A stretch of 64,000 bases of DNA from Tubulanus polymorphus (Eukaryota > Animalia > Nemertea). Every line of letters begins with the position of its first letter. Position 1 is the stretch's first letter. The notes under the pieces are model-generated. The model saw only the letters and a list, made by a program, of their open reading frames with translations, was not told the DNA's origin and did no database searches. The translations under genes were made by a program, and so were the position numbers. Below, one piece after another: positions 23,834 through 36,900 of the stretch. The stretch covers positions 17,694,560-17,758,559 of the forward strand of contig NC_134027.1 of assembly GCF_964204645.1 (NCBI RefSeq). Reading direction: 5' to 3'.

Positions 23834-24755
23834 ATGGAGTCAATTGCGACAGCAATGACAAAGATGGGGGACGCTTGGCAACAGATGACCAAGACTGTCA
23901 ATCAAACCCCAAAGAAAAGGCAAAAAACATGCCATGACATGTCAGATTCTCACCATGATGAGAGTGAGGCCGAGGTTGAAATGTCGTCCGATAACGGGGA
24001 CGACGATGTCGACTTATTATTATCATCTCAAAAAGATGAAAATGGAGGGGACGAAGAGGAAAACCCCTCGGACTCAGAGTCTAAAGTTAAACTCCTCGAT
24101 ATGGAGGTAAACGATGAAACCCCTGGGCCAGAAATGAACAAAGGGTTAACAGAAATTATAGAGAAAAGGTTCTCTAAAGCCCTGAACATTGAAATGATGA
24201 GGGCCAAGGAAAAGACCTACCCGGTACCCAAAAATTGCGAGGCATTAACCACGCCTCGGATTAATACGGAAATTTGGCCCAAAATAGGAGCCGCTGCAAA
24301 AACGCGTGACTTAAAACTCGCCAATACGCGGTCTGCAGTAATGAAAGGGGCCACGGCAGTGGCTTTGACAACTGAAAAGTTACTAGCCAAACGAAATGGC
24401 GGGACATTCTCGAAGGACGAAGTCGATGTTATGTTGAAAACATCAATTAATGCTCTTGCATTACTGGGCCATGCGCATCACATGAGTTGTCAATGCGCCG
24501 GCGGGAATCGATCAAGCCATGACTAAAACCCAAATATTGGGGTCTGTGCAAAGACAATGTCCCGGTTTCTAGATGGCTGTTTGGTGACGACGTATCAAAA
24601 GCAATACGAGAAGCTAAACAAACCGATGACGTCGGCTATGAGGCCTTTAATGAAAGAAAAAAGTACAAACACCAGCCAAAAAACGGCTGTCGCAACTTCA
24701 GCTACCAGCGGCCCGCTGGTAGCTGAAGTTGCGGTGCCGTTTCCAAAGTCCCAAC
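23834..24755 (+). pseudogene. DIRS gag-like ORF1
   Basis: YPVPKNCEALTTPRINTEIW...RDLKL...ALALLGHA, then a frameshifted RRESIKP...LCKDNVPVSRWLFGDDV, typical of DIRS ORF1. Confidence 0.75.
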
Positions 24756-24756
24756 A

Positions 24757-25500
24757 AAATTGGTAGTATTTTATCCTGAGAATGCTTTAAAATCTCATTG
24801 CATATCTTATCGACGCCAGGGGCTTTATTATTACTTAGAAAATTAATGGCCTTTTTTATTTCTTCTACACTAAAATGGGCATTCAATGGGCTGCTGAAAT
24901 ATCAGTATCATCTAGTTTTGATTCTGTAAAAACGGTAATGTCATTATTTATAAGTAAGTCTGCAATATCGGGTAACTTACTCTTAAGTCCACATACATTA
25001 AGACCGAGGATGTGGACTCGTTACGGTTCTGCTCCAGGTTCGATACAATAACAGTTAGTTCAGGGTTATTCACACCAACTTTAACGGTTCCGGACGGGTG
25101 CTCTCCTATGCGCGCCTCTAAATCACGAACCTTTCTATCCAAATCTAGAAATTTATTTTGAAGTTCACTTGAGAACTTGACAAATTTCCTCCAGCATTTC
25201 CTTCTTCAAAGTTTTCACTTGATTCGTAAAGAAGCCCTTCAATGACTCCTGTCCGCTTTTAATAGCTTTTAATTCATCCAATATGAAACGGTTATCGGTA
25301 TTGTCACTTCTAACATCCTCGTTGTGATCCTCATCTTCCCCTTCAAAAACAGTATCATCTCCCTCACCTTGTTTAGCTCTTTTTGGCGATGCCATATCAG
25401 ATGTGATACGAGAATCCTTGGAGTTTTTCGATTTTCGGCTTTTGCGTTTTCTCGTCGACATAATATTATTCTATGGAGCGAGAGCGTATTCACGACCACT
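24757..25500 (-). mobile_element. Non-LTR retrotransposon (CR1/L2-like) fragment inserted in DIRS: ORF1 N-terminus joined by deletion to pre-RT region
   Basis: ORF1-like coiled coil 25461-24950 (ILDELKAIKSGQESLK...TVIVSNLEQ). ORF2 piece FSVEEIKKAINFLSNNKAPGVDKICNEILK (KAPGxD motif). Confidence 0.75.
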
Positions 25501-25944
25501 TCAGTCGACGTTCATGAGCATTTGTTCATGAATTAAAACATACTACAAAATTAACATTGTTCATTACTACTAAATTGGTAAATAAAGTGATCGCACAGCT
25601 TAATGAAAGGGTTCATCGCACATTTCAAATATATTACACTAGGTTGAATCTAAAATATTTCAAATCAAAAGAACATTATATCTAATAATTTTTGGCATCG
25701 CACAGCTGAAATATACCACAGTTAACAAGAGTCCGCAGTTCAAAAATACTCCTGTTCGAATCTTTAGATATTACAAATAAAAATGTATTATTCTTATCAA
25801 TTCTAACAATTTATTTTATGCTAAGAGTTTTACTTAAGAATTTATCGCAACGAAAGATTTCATTGCACAGTTCAAACATATCTGTCTCATAGCAAATTGA
25901 TAAAATTGGAGAAACATTTTGCTTTGAAATGTCTTCGAAAATCA

Positions 25945-26041
25945 CCGAGTGGGGATTTTTACCTACTTTGAATATTTTGGGTTTTTACACAGGGGATATT
26001 TACCTAGGGGATTTTTACCAGGGAGATTTTTACCTACAACC
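25945..26041. repeat. Terminal repeat of the same MULE-like family as 15985-16832
   Basis: GGGGATTTTTACCTACTTTGAATA...GATTTTTACCTACAACC is the reverse complement of the 15985 end. Confidence 0.8.
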
Positions 26042-26369
26042 ATATTCCTATGTTTTTTTTGAATGGTTGAAGGTTTTTTGAGGGAGATATTTTGGTTCAG
26101 ATATTCTGGATATGGGACTCATTATTATTTGAGAAAGTCACAAAACATTTGAGACTGCGTTCGGAACGGATTCAATCCAAACAAGAAAAAAATCATAAAG
26201 AAATCAGAAAAATAGAACCATCAGACAGCTTACCACAGGTAAGTTGTTCTGCTGATAACTTGCTTATGATAGTTAAAAATAATGACTATTTTAGCTTTAA
26301 TTTTGGGGATCATACCCGATTTATTAAAAGTACAATTGATTCAGCCATATTGCATGTGGAAAAATTTTA

Positions 26370-27733
26370 TTGGAGGACAAGTCCGATTTAAATCTGAAAG
26401 ATGGGAGCAAATGACCAGTGATCAGGAAATACTGGGAACGATCAGAGGCTACAGAATTGATTTTATAGAATAGCCAATTCAGAATTTTGTTCCCAAAGAA
26501 ATAAAGTTTTCCGCAGCAGAAAACATAGCTATTGAAGCTGAAATTTTGAAATTAACAAAGAAACAGGTCATTTCGAAATGTACTCATGAAGAGGGCGAAT
26601 TTATATCGTCAGACCTAAGAAGGATGGGTCATATAGAGTTATTTTGAACCTCTCGAAACTTAATAAGTATATTCGGTACTATCACTTCAAGATGGATACA
26701 CTTAAAACTGTTACTGAAATGATGACCCCAGGGTGTTACATGGCAACGATGGATTTAAAAGATGCTTATCATAGCATCCCTATAACCGTGGAGCACCAAA
26801 AATTTTTGAAATTCTATTTTAATGGTCAACTTTACAAGTATACCTGCTTCCCTAATAGGTTAAGTCCATGCCCTAGGGCATTTACAAAACGCTTGAAGCC
26901 TGCTCTTTCTTTGTTGAGGGCGGAAGGGAAGCAATCTGTTGCATATTAAATGATATATATATATATATGCAGGGAATAATCTTCCTGATTGTGCTAGTAA
27001 TGTTAAAACATCGGCACCACTAATGACGGATCTGGGATTTGTAATAAATCCAGACCCTGAAAAATCTGCACTGCTGCCAGCCCGGCAGCGTGAATTTATT
27101 GGATTCATGCTCGATTCTGTCTACATGTCAGTTTCACTGACAGTGAAGAAAGCAGATAGGGTTAAATTATCTTGCCAACAACCAATTGACACAAAAAAAC
27201 CTAAAATAAGACACGTGGCAGAGGTTATAGGCTTGATGGTCTCGTCATTTCCTGGGGTGGAATACGGCCCTTTACATTATCGAAGTATTGAACATGATAA
27301 AACCATTGCCCTGAAACGGCACTGTGGTGATTTTGATTGCTCTATGCAACTATCTGAAGATTCGATGGCTGACCTACACTGGTGGGTGGCTTTTGTTGGT
27401 CAGAGTAGAAAACTGATTTCACACGGAAAACCGGATCTAACTGTTTATTCTGATGCCTCGAATACAGGGTTCGGTTACTCATCACCTGACCTGAATCTGT
27501 CGGGCGGTGGTATCTGGAAATTAGCAGAACAGCAGCTGCATATTAACGCTTTAGAGATGAAAGCTGCTGAATTGGCGCTAATGGCCCCGTGTCGAAATAA
27601 AAAAGGCAAGCACATTAGGCTTATGGTCGAATCTAATAATGTATGGTTGAGTGCATCACATGTACCTGGAATTGAAAATATATGTGCTGACAGAGAATCC
27701 AGGGTATTTAAATTAGATAGAATGGGCTCTTAA
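26370..27733 (+). pseudogene. DIRS reverse transcriptase and RNase H
   Basis: ILGTIRGYRIDF, RVILNLSKLN, HFKMDT, MDLKDAYHSIPI, PCPRAFTK, disrupted YxDD at ~26944, RNase H VYSDASNTGFG and HINALEMKA. Several stops and frameshifts. Confidence 0.9.
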
Positions 27734-27740
27734 CCTCAAA

Positions 27741-28316
27741 GTGTTTGAACAGATATTAGAAAAACTGTCAGAAATTACATTAGAGATTGATTTATTTGCA
27801 ACGAGACTGAATCGTAAATTGCCCAGCTACGTTGCCTGGAAGCCTGACCCGGAGGCAGTGGCTATTGATGCTTTTATGCTGGACTGGTCACTGTATAAAT
27901 ATTCATATATTTTCCCTCCTTTCAGCCTAATCCCCAGAGTACTACAAAAAGTTTCAGAGGATCAAGCAACCTCGATGTTAATTGTACCAGACTGGCCGAC
28001 GCAGGCTTGGTACCCTACTCTGTTGAGACTGTTATGTGCGGAACCGATGATTCTTCGGGCCAACAAGAGACTATTAGTAATGCCGCAAGATTCGAAAATG
28101 GTCCATCCTCTAAAAACAAAATTGAGCTTTCTGGTATGCATTGTGTCAGGAATGCGTTGCAAGCGAAAAACATTTCTGGAAAATCAACAGAAATTATACT
28201 GCATTCATGGCGGGCAGGTACAAAGAAACAATACGAGACCTATTTTCGGAAGTGGGAGAAATATTGTGCTAGACGGAGTGTCGATACGTTTCAACCCGAT
28301 ATCAGTGATGTATTAG
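27741..28316 (+). CDS. DIRS DNA N6-adenine methyltransferase-like (MT) domain
   Basis: IDLFATRLN...DAFMLDW...YIFPPFSLIPRVLQK...LIVPDWPTQAWYP, the standard DIRS1 MT domain. Confidence 0.85.
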   Translation: MFEQILEKLSEITLEIDLFATRLNRKLPSYVAWKPDPEAVAIDAFMLDWSLYKYSYIFPPFSLIPRVLQKVSEDQATSMLIVPDWPTQAWYPTLLRLLCAEPMILRANKRLLVMPQDSKMVHPLKTKLSFLVCIVSGMRCKRKTFLENQQKLYCIHGGQVQRNNTRPIFGSGRNIVLDGVSIRFNPISVMY

Positions 28317-29078
28317 AATTTTTGACTGAGTTATATGAAAGTAACATCGGTTATAGTGCTATTAATACTGCGAGAAGTGCACTCTCGTCAATTATAATTC
28401 TAGAGGGGCACTGTACAATCGGTAATCATCCTCTAGTTTCTCGGTTTCTGAAGGGTGTATTTAATTTATGTAACTACTTGGGACATAAGACCTGTTTTGG
28501 TATATTTAAAATCACTGGATTTAGACTCACTGACTCTGGAGCTACTTACTTTGAAACTAACATTTTTGTTGGCGATTTTATCAGGGCAGATAGTACTATT
28601 CAATCTTTGAAGATCAAAGACTTAACTTTTTGCGAAAACAGATGTTTTTTATATAAGTTCACCACAAAAGACGTCAAAACCAGGACGTCATAAATCGCAT
28701 CTTACATTCAATACGTACGCTGATAAGAATTTGTGCTTGTGTTCTCATTTAAAACGATACATAAATCTGACCAGAGACTTCCGGGATTGCTCTGGACAGC
28801 TGTTGATTAACTTCATAAAACCGCATGGATCCGTTACTACTCAAACCGTTTCCAGATGGATCAGGCGTGTTCTCGAGGATGCAAATATTGATGTGTCGGT
28901 TTTTGGCGCGCACTCGACTAGAGCTACGGTTGGCTCTGGCCTTAAATTGGCGGGAATTCCCGTTGATAGCATACTTAATAGTATTGGTTGGCAGAATGAA
29001 GAAACTTTCGCTAGATTCTATGATAAAGACGTTGATAGCAAATTTGTATTAAGTGATTCCCTGCTGTCAATTATGTAG
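28130..29078 (+). pseudogene. DIRS tyrosine recombinase
   Basis: SWRAGTKKQYETY...YSAINTARSALS...HPLVSRFLKGVFN and C-terminal FGAHSTRA...GWQNEETFARFYDK. Frameshifted. Confidence 0.9.
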
Positions 29079-29632
29079 TTATTATAGGCAAAATATATCT
29101 GCTGCATATTATATACATATATATACATCAAAATTAAGGTGGTTGTCTTCTTTGTGACACAAAGTCTCATATCTGGCTTCTCGTGATCAAGGCTTTCAAA
29201 TCTCATGGGATTCTGTAGTGATCTACAGTAATTGTCAAATTTTTTGTAAGCGGTGGGCATGTGATTCCTTCGTTCCCCATTACTGATTCGATAGAATCTC
29301 AATCAAACTTCTCTTACAGGTAAGTTCGTTTAATTTCCTAAATCTATTTGGTGAATAAGTTCTGAATTTATATTTATTTCCTTTCAACCCTTCATATTCT
29401 AGATGGATTACTAATTAATTACCATATTTATTAGTAATTGTTTCAATATTAGTAATTAAATATTTCTTATTCTGTTAACTTCTTAAATGTATAATCTACA
29501 GATTTAACATTTGTAGTAACTTTTATTCTATCTAAGAATTTGTTGTTCTCACTGTGTACTTGTTTACTCTCCATTCATTGTATAAACTTTTTATTAAAAT
29601 TAATTTCATTATAAAATATATATAAAATATTC

Positions 29633-29653
29633 ATATATATATATATATATATA

Positions 29654-29734
<81 letters not shown>
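29633..29734. repeat. (TA)n microsatellite
   Basis: About 100 bp of TA dinucleotides with one interruption. Confidence 0.97.
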
Positions 29735-29736
<2 letters not shown>

Positions 29737-29742
29737 ATATTA

Positions 29743-29892
29743 GAGTAATTAGATATATGTCGTTTCATATCAGAGGTTGAAAGGAGTGAGTAAAAAATAA
29801 AAAACGAATTCGAGCATGCCAGAATTTATTTTTCATATTTTTTAGCTCGACCTTTCGACCTCTGGTATGAAACGACGTATATCTAATTACTC
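29743..29892. mobile_element. 150-bp MITE with ~42-bp TIRs
   Basis: GAGTAATTAGATATATGTCGTTTCATATCAGAGGTTGAAAGG versus CCTTTCGACCTCTGGTATGAAACGACGTATATCTAATTACTC. Confidence 0.8.
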
Positions 29893-30386
29893 AGGCCAAC
29901 TGCAAAGCTGGAGGAAAAGCGTTGCTTTGTCGCGTTGGGTGTTCCAGTTCCAATCGCAAAAGTGCCAGCAAATCCTTGAAGTTTTTCTTTTGCACTAGAA
30001 AACGTCTGATAAAATTTTCATCGTCATACTCTTCCAAATGATTCATGCAGTCCCTAAATACTGTGGGCGCACGCTGGCGATGATGTTCATTTTTGTTGGC
30101 CTTCTCTTGCGCAATATCGAATACCTGGAGAGCGTCCATTCTGTCAATACATCTATCTAAATGTACTTCAGGGTTCTAAATGGGCATAAAATCCTCCCTA
30201 AACTACCCCCTCACCTTGTTTAAGAATTTCTATTGTTTGTTATAAACACTTGTTTACATCCACAAGACATTTAGACACATTTATCTCTAGGCAAGCTTTA
30301 TAGTTTCAGATTTCAGTTAAACACAGGTTTTAGACAATAACTAATGACTTATACGCGTTTAAAGGCCGAGGCAGTATAAAAGCCCG
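29893..30386 (-). mobile_element. PIF/Harbinger element 5' fragment with transposase (HARBI1-like) N-terminus
   Basis: VFRDCMNHLEEYDDENFIRRF...LEHPTRQSNAFPPALQL matches the HARBI1-type N-terminus. Candidate terminus GGGCTTTTATACTG at ~30386. Truncated at the MITE. Confidence 0.75.
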
Positions 30387-32814
30387 ATCAATGTCAAAGA
30401 TGGCAGTACCCATGAAGCAATAGTGCAGTGGAGAGCTCCAACGGTTGAAACTGGAAATCTCTTATTTTCTCTGTCAGTTATCCGATTTGGACCCTCCTTT
30501 TTGTCAGACATATATATTTATGTGTAATATATTCATTTCTGCAGTCAAAAATGTGTTTTAGGCCCTCCTCTTCGAGAAATTAAGCTTTTTAGTTGGTATT
30601 TCCTTCAAAATTTGAATCTTTGAATGACATAGAGGGAGGAGTTATCCAGTGAATTAGTGTAGCCAGGGAGGTGGGAGTGAATGGAGTATGAACGAGTCAG
30701 ATATGTTATCAGCTAGTCGGCAATTCTATTCATGATCAAAGAGTTTTCATACCGCCCGCGGCTAACTGGGTCACCGCTGCAGCGAGTGTGTGATGGTTAA
30801 ATATCCCATCACACAGGTCCGTTTCCTAGACTTTAGGCCTGTGCCGTCAAGTTTGCCAAACTAGCACATGCTGTACTGACAATAGCATCAGCCTTGCGCA
30901 TGCGCAGTTGAATTCTTCTTGTACGGCGTGTCGCGGTCAACTTTCACGTTTTTCAGAGGAAAAAATCGGATGAAAACTGAATATTTTACGGCAAAATAAC
31001 CTCAGTTGGTAAGCAAACTTTGACATTAAACATACTTTGAAGAGACAATCGGCCACATATCAATTTAACACCATAAAACACGTTGAAATGCATTGCATTC
31101 CTTTGCCTTCGTCAATGTAGTGGCCGCTAACCGGAACACTTCTAAATTAACGATTGAAATATGAGAATAATTCATTGACCACTGCGCATATCCGGATATG
31201 TGTAGTCATGTTGCTATGATACATATATACAAATACGTGTCAATTGAAGCCTATCTAAGAAAAAGGTATACAATACCATCGTGATATCAAAAAAGGCCTA
31301 CCCCCTTGGTGACTAAGTCAAGAATCAATGATTTAATGATAATGTCATTGTTTTTAAATTTTTTCAGTAAGATGGCAGATGATGTTTGTCGCTTGTGTGG
31401 TTTATCTGCAGCCAATAATGACCGTAATCGATACGACAAAATGAAGTTCAGTTCACACGTTTCATTATTATTTGGCATTGATTTCACTACGGACACCGCC
31501 GGTATACACCCAGATTTTATTTGCAATCTTTGCCGGCAAAAATTGCAACGTTGGCGTAAGGCGAAAAATAAATCAAGAAATATTCCAGTCAATATCACTT
31601 TAAAAACATGGAACGTCGAAAACCCTCCGCTAGATAACTTTCAGGACATTGCGTCGAAAAATGGTTTTGTGAAAGTGAATGAAAAAACGTATGTTTTCTA
31701 TTCTGATAACTGCATACGGATGGTAGAATGCAGCGCTGAACACCGATTCTTTATCGATCAACTAGAAGTGACTGATTCTTTGCGCGATAAATTAGAAATC
31801 GAGGACAAATTGCTGGAACTTAAGAAACTTAAACTGTGCTGCGGTAACCCTGATTTTGTTGATGTCATCACTGGTCGAGGTCAGAATGAGTTCCGAAATC
31901 AGAAGGGTGATGTTATAGCTACCGTTCAGACAACAAATTCAAGTAAAATTATTCGCCATGTATCTTGTAAAATTGTAAATAATATATTTGTCGATCGCTG
32001 TGATGCGTGTAAAACATTTCGTGGATGCCTCTTCACAATGCGAAGCCGTTTGACATCCACAACTTCATCGCGAACCTGTGTAAATAGTAAGGTACGATAC
32101 GATTATTTGTCAAATGAACAGCTTAAGATCCGTCTCCGTGAAACACAAGGTCAACGTCAAAATTTGAAGAAAGTTGAAGAACGGCTAAAACAATATAATT
32201 TTGAAGCTGCAAATGTCGACGTTACCCCTGAACTTTCAGTGTTGTTAACGAAATCGGTTGAGGAAAATATCGAACAATTCAATAATGACTTTCCGAGTGG
32301 ATCTGTTCAAGAACTTCTTTGGCAACAACAGCGTCTTCAAAATTCGAAATCCGCCAAACAGATGCGATGGCATCCTTTGATAATTAAGTGGTGCATAGCT
32401 TTGCGACACAAATCAAAGTCGGTGTACAAGTTCATTCGAGACTCCGGATTTTTACAGCTACCCCACTCTAGTACTTTGGATGGTTATACACGCTTCACAG
32501 ATCCATGTTCAGGATTCAATAGTGAATTCATTGAACATGCCTTAAATGACATGAATTTTGAAACATTGCCAGATTTTCAAAAAAATGTGTGTTTGCTATA
32601 TGATGAAATGAAAATTAAATCGGAACTGATCTATTCCAAAAAAACTGGCCAGCTGATTGGATTTTGCGAAATGGGAGACATCAATAACGTAATTGAGAAA
32701 TTTAAACGATCGTTGGATGACAATGAGAAAGATCTAGCGACTCATGTATGTGTTTTTATGGCTCGTGGATTGTTTTCGAACATGAAACTTCTGCTTGGAT
32801 ACTTTCCGTGCCAA

Positions 32815-33735
32815 TAGACCGGGAGCTGGCTCCATTTATTCAAGTGAAGAGGGGAATACCTGTTTATGCCTTCATTTGATTGGTATTATGGCACGCATAC
32901 AGGATCGGAACTTCTGCCGAGGCGCAGCCTGCTAGTTTGGCCCCTGGGGGCAATATTTTAGACCCAAATTGAAGGCTTTATTCAAGTTTTGGAAGGAATG
33001 AAAAAATCCATGTTATTATGATTCATTGTATGCCTGCCATGGATTTTCTGCTACTGACAGAAATTTTTGCTTGCTACAAGCCCGGGACAGAAGCATTTTA
33101 GGGGGTCAGCAATACGTGTTTATTCAAGTGAAAAGAGGAATGAATGATTTTTCTTTCAAAGTGAAGTTTATACACCAGAACAATAAAAAATGCCCATGAC
33201 TGAAATTTTCTGGTGATAGTTTGTCTGGACAGAAGCCCCAAAGTGCCACACCCTGGCCCACATGGATTTATACAAGTCTATTGAGGAATGGTTGAAATAA
33301 GTTTTATTCAAACAGTATATATCAGATATACATGAAATTGGGTTTAACAAACATTTTTGCTTGCTACAAGCTCGGGACAGAAACATTTTAGGGGGTCAGC
33401 AATACGTGTTTATTCAAGTGAAAAGAGGAATGAATGATTTTTCTTACAAAGTGAAGTTTATACACCAGAACAATAAAAAATGCCCATGACTGAAATTTTC
33501 TGGTGATAGTTTGTCTGGACAGAAGCCCCAAAGTGCCACACCCTGGCCCACATGGATTTATACAAGTCTATTGAGGAATGGTTGAAATAAGTTTTACTCA
33601 AACAGTATATATCAGATATGCATGAAATTGGGTTTAACAGACATTTTTGCTTGCTACAAGCCCGGGACAGAAACATTTTAGGGGGTCAGCAATACGTGTT
33701 TATTCAAGTGAATAGAGGAATGAATGATTTTTCTT
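32815..33735. repeat. Academ left TIR with ~290-bp tandem repeats
   Basis: Unit beginning TTTTTGCTTGCTACAAGC recurs at ~33064, 33354 and 33644. Mirrored at 39230-40149. Confidence 0.9.
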
Positions 33736-33900
33736 GTTTGCTAGATATGATTTATTCAAACTATAAAAAGTGTAAGCTTTCACGGAAATTCACATATCTT
33801 CAGAATAACGTAATAAGTCTCTTAATAGAGAAATTGTCATATTATGTACAAGTTTACATGTATAGCGGGCAAGTATCAGTAAGTATAGCTTGATAACTTG

Positions 33901-36900
33901 TTAGTCACAATCATCATCATCACTGTCACTCTCACTGTCACTCGTCCATGGAGTATCTTCCAAAAGATCTAATTCTAAGCTAGTTTCATTCTCATTTCCA
34001 TCGTCATCATCGTCAATGTCTGTGTCTGCATCATATACGTCAGAAAATTCATCTGAAATACCGGTAGCACTTTCTGTAGTAGGTTCTTCTGAAAGTTTTT
34101 CTGGAAGAGCGTTTCCTTCATACCAGTATAGTAAATAGTTACCATCGTCATTGAACCATCCGTAGTTCAACGGGTTAATTCCACTGGTTGGATTTGCTGT
34201 ACTGGCTCGTCTCCACAGAATAGCAATGTAGTTTACTCGCAACAGATGCTGGTCCAGGCTTTTCTGACATGGAGGTAGAGATGCACAATTTATCTTTTTC
34301 ACCTTTTCAGTCATCTTACCACCTGATGTCATTTTTATGAAGCTCTGATATCTTGCCTCATTGATGTCATTCAAGTTCTTGAATCCATAAAGTTTGCAAA
34401 TGAACTTACAAACTGCAGCTTTGTCAATGTTGTCAGTGGTAAGAGATTGGAGGGCTGCAACAGCGCTTTTATCATGTTCCAGTTTTGACAAAGGAATGGC
34501 CTTTCCCTTCCGATAGAATGATGACGTAAAATCGCAACCAGTTAGAGCATGGAATGCAATCATAGATTCCGCAAGCCCAGGCTGCTTTGCATTAAGACTC
34601 CTTGCAATGCCTGATGCATCAATATAACGGCGGTTATTGGCTGAACCATAGTCCATGACGAGACGTATATCAGGTATCTTCTCTGCCACGGATATGAGAA
34701 GCACCAATACATCGGTATCAGATGACCTAATCAGAGTATTTCCAGTTGTTCTTGCAGCATGGAACACTATGAGTGTACCAGCTTCTTCGTGAGTTGCCTG
34801 GTACTGTTCTGGTTCTTCAGACTTCAGCATTCCCATCGAATTTACCCAAAGCTTCACACATTTTCCACCATGGGACACAAAAACTGTCTTGTTGTCTATC
34901 ACTGGACAAAAGTGCTCCTTCTTGAATTCAGACAATAAAAATGCTGCAAAAGCCTCTTTAAATGGGCCACTTTTCAGGAGATCAATGCCCTTTTTCTGCT
35001 GTTGCTGTTCTGAACTGGTTATATTGAAGCTTTCGGTTTGGCCACCTCTTTTTTGTCGTTCACAGTCTTTTATTGAAGGTTGAGAGTAACGGTCGAGCAG
35101 GAGATGAACTGACAGGGCTTTAGCTCGACAAACCTTTACCATTACACTTCTCGCTATGGCACCATATGATGATGTATTGTGTGTCGGTAGTACTTCATGT
35201 AAAAGTAGCCCACCATCAATCAGAAGTGTATCAATAGGTTCATTTGGATCGTATGATGTTTCAAGATACTTTTCAAGAACTTTTGTCAAATTGGCTTTTT
35301 CTGTTTTCGTAGGCATGCCATCAGCATGTGCTAAGCATAGTGGCACAATAGTAATTGGGAATTTCAGAATCTTCTGAAGATCGATGTTTTTTTCCATCGT
35401 AAGTAAGTGACCGAATGCATCGCGTACCCCTTCCGCGGCAGTCAGAGCTTTTTTCTCCCGAGTATTTTTTGGTTTCAGATTTTCTGCTGCAAAATTCGAC
35501 ACTTTTACGCGCTTAACCTTCTTTAGCATTCGCGTGTTGCTTCCTGTGCATTCATCATAGAACTGTTTCTTGAGTGCTGCACCACGATTTAGAACACCAG
35601 TCAAGTAGTCTACAGTTGCTTTGTTAGCTATTTTTCCGGTGGCCAAATTCACCAATTGTGTTGGCGAGCTGTTTTCAAATGGATTGCACGTTTTCGCTAG
35701 GTACTCTTGAAATGATTGCATGTCTTTGTTATCGCGTCGAATCCTGTGTTTTGTCCGTTGTTTCATGGGAGCTTCTCCAGCTTCAATGCCACTTTGTGTT
35801 TTAAGTTCAGAAACTGCAAGGCTTCTCTGGGTAAGTGTCACACACCACCGCCGAAATGCTGAATCGGAATTCCCGAAGTGTGTTATTCCTGTCGAAGATG
35901 AAGCAGCATCCCGATTTACTGTCTGCTCAAGAGTGATGTCGATTGGTGACCGTGAGTAGGAGTTTTTTGTCCGTCTAGTTGAAAATGCGCCCGCTTTTAA
36001 AACATCTAATGCAGCTGGCTCAAGTTTTCTCAGGTTCTCCAGAAACCATGTCCCCCAACGAGCGTAATTGGGCCGATTGAGAGCGAAGATTTCCACTAAT
36101 CGTGGAAAAACAGTTATGTACAGATTGACATCATTCATGCAAACAGCACGCTGGATTTCTCTATATACACGGTTAATCAAGTAAATGTAAATAGCCCAGA
36201 ACGCAGCAGTGCTGCCGAGTTTTCCCTCAATGACCGACTTCAAAAACGTCTCAAAGTCGATTGTTAATACATTGAAGTCTTTGTGGTCTGCAATTTCAAC
36301 CAAGAAGTCTTTATCACTGGTGGAAGCAGCCTTGAGTGTTTCTATTATATGAATATATTTGTCAGAATTTTCAGCTTCCAAGAGGAATCGTTCAAACAAA
36401 GCTTTTTCGAAACATCCCGCAATAATTTGGTGAAGCCGCGCACATCTATTATAAAACTTCCCCTTCACAAAGCCATTTAACGATCCTTCGGCTAGAATTC
36501 CTGATTCTGTCATGAGATACTCTAAGCCTGATTCAGCTATCATTGTCCCAATGGCACCAAAAAATGCTAGTTCTACATGAAAGTGGCCGAGTAAAATGAT
36601 AAGTTTATCAAACTTTGGCTGATGAAGAACTTGTATCGAATATGCCTTAAGAGCAACGGCAAGATCATAGGTTACAGGATGGTAAGGCATACCTGATTCT
36701 TCTGCAACTAGCATTGATCGGTTCATTGTCTCATAAACGACGTCATTTCGAGTCGGTGACTGTGAAATTGGGTCAAGGTAGGCTACAGCAGTAATGGGCA
36801 AATGGTCTTCAACAAACATTGAGAAGAACCCGTTAAACATTGGAATATCTTTATAAACTGAAATGGCTAGCCATAAAATATCCAAAGTTTTCGCTGTCTG

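Larger units (their letters stand above)
23408..29335 (+). mobile_element. DIRS1-like tyrosine-recombinase retrotransposon, degenerate
   Basis: Left end ATTCTATCTCACCAGTAAT-TAGGTCACTACAGAATCCCATGAGAT is complementary to 29200-29225 and ~29279-29297 (ITR/ICR arrangement). Gag, RT/RNase H, MT and YR domains in the expected order, no TSD. Confidence 0.92.
23310..29580 (-). pseudogene. Paralog of the 21259-21585 Polinton ORF, split in two by the DIRS insertion (N-part ~29336-29580, C-part ~23310-23407)
   Basis: N-part: FKKLTE...KYLITNIETITNKYGN*LVIHLEY...KFRTYSPNRF. C-part: LLSKDIEELCSGDCYFIYKGKNE(K)GHHDIYL, versus IIYHGKNEDGHHDLEI in the intact copy. Confidence 0.7.

Noticed and set aside
27741-28316. 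Adenine methyltransferase-like ORF as a novel or bacterial gene
   Set aside because: It is the well-known MT domain of DIRS1-group retrotransposons.
30390-30420. CAATGTCAAAGATGGCAGTAC as left TIR of the P element
   Set aside because: No convincing reverse-complement partner or 8-bp TSD found downstream, so element ends are left undefined.
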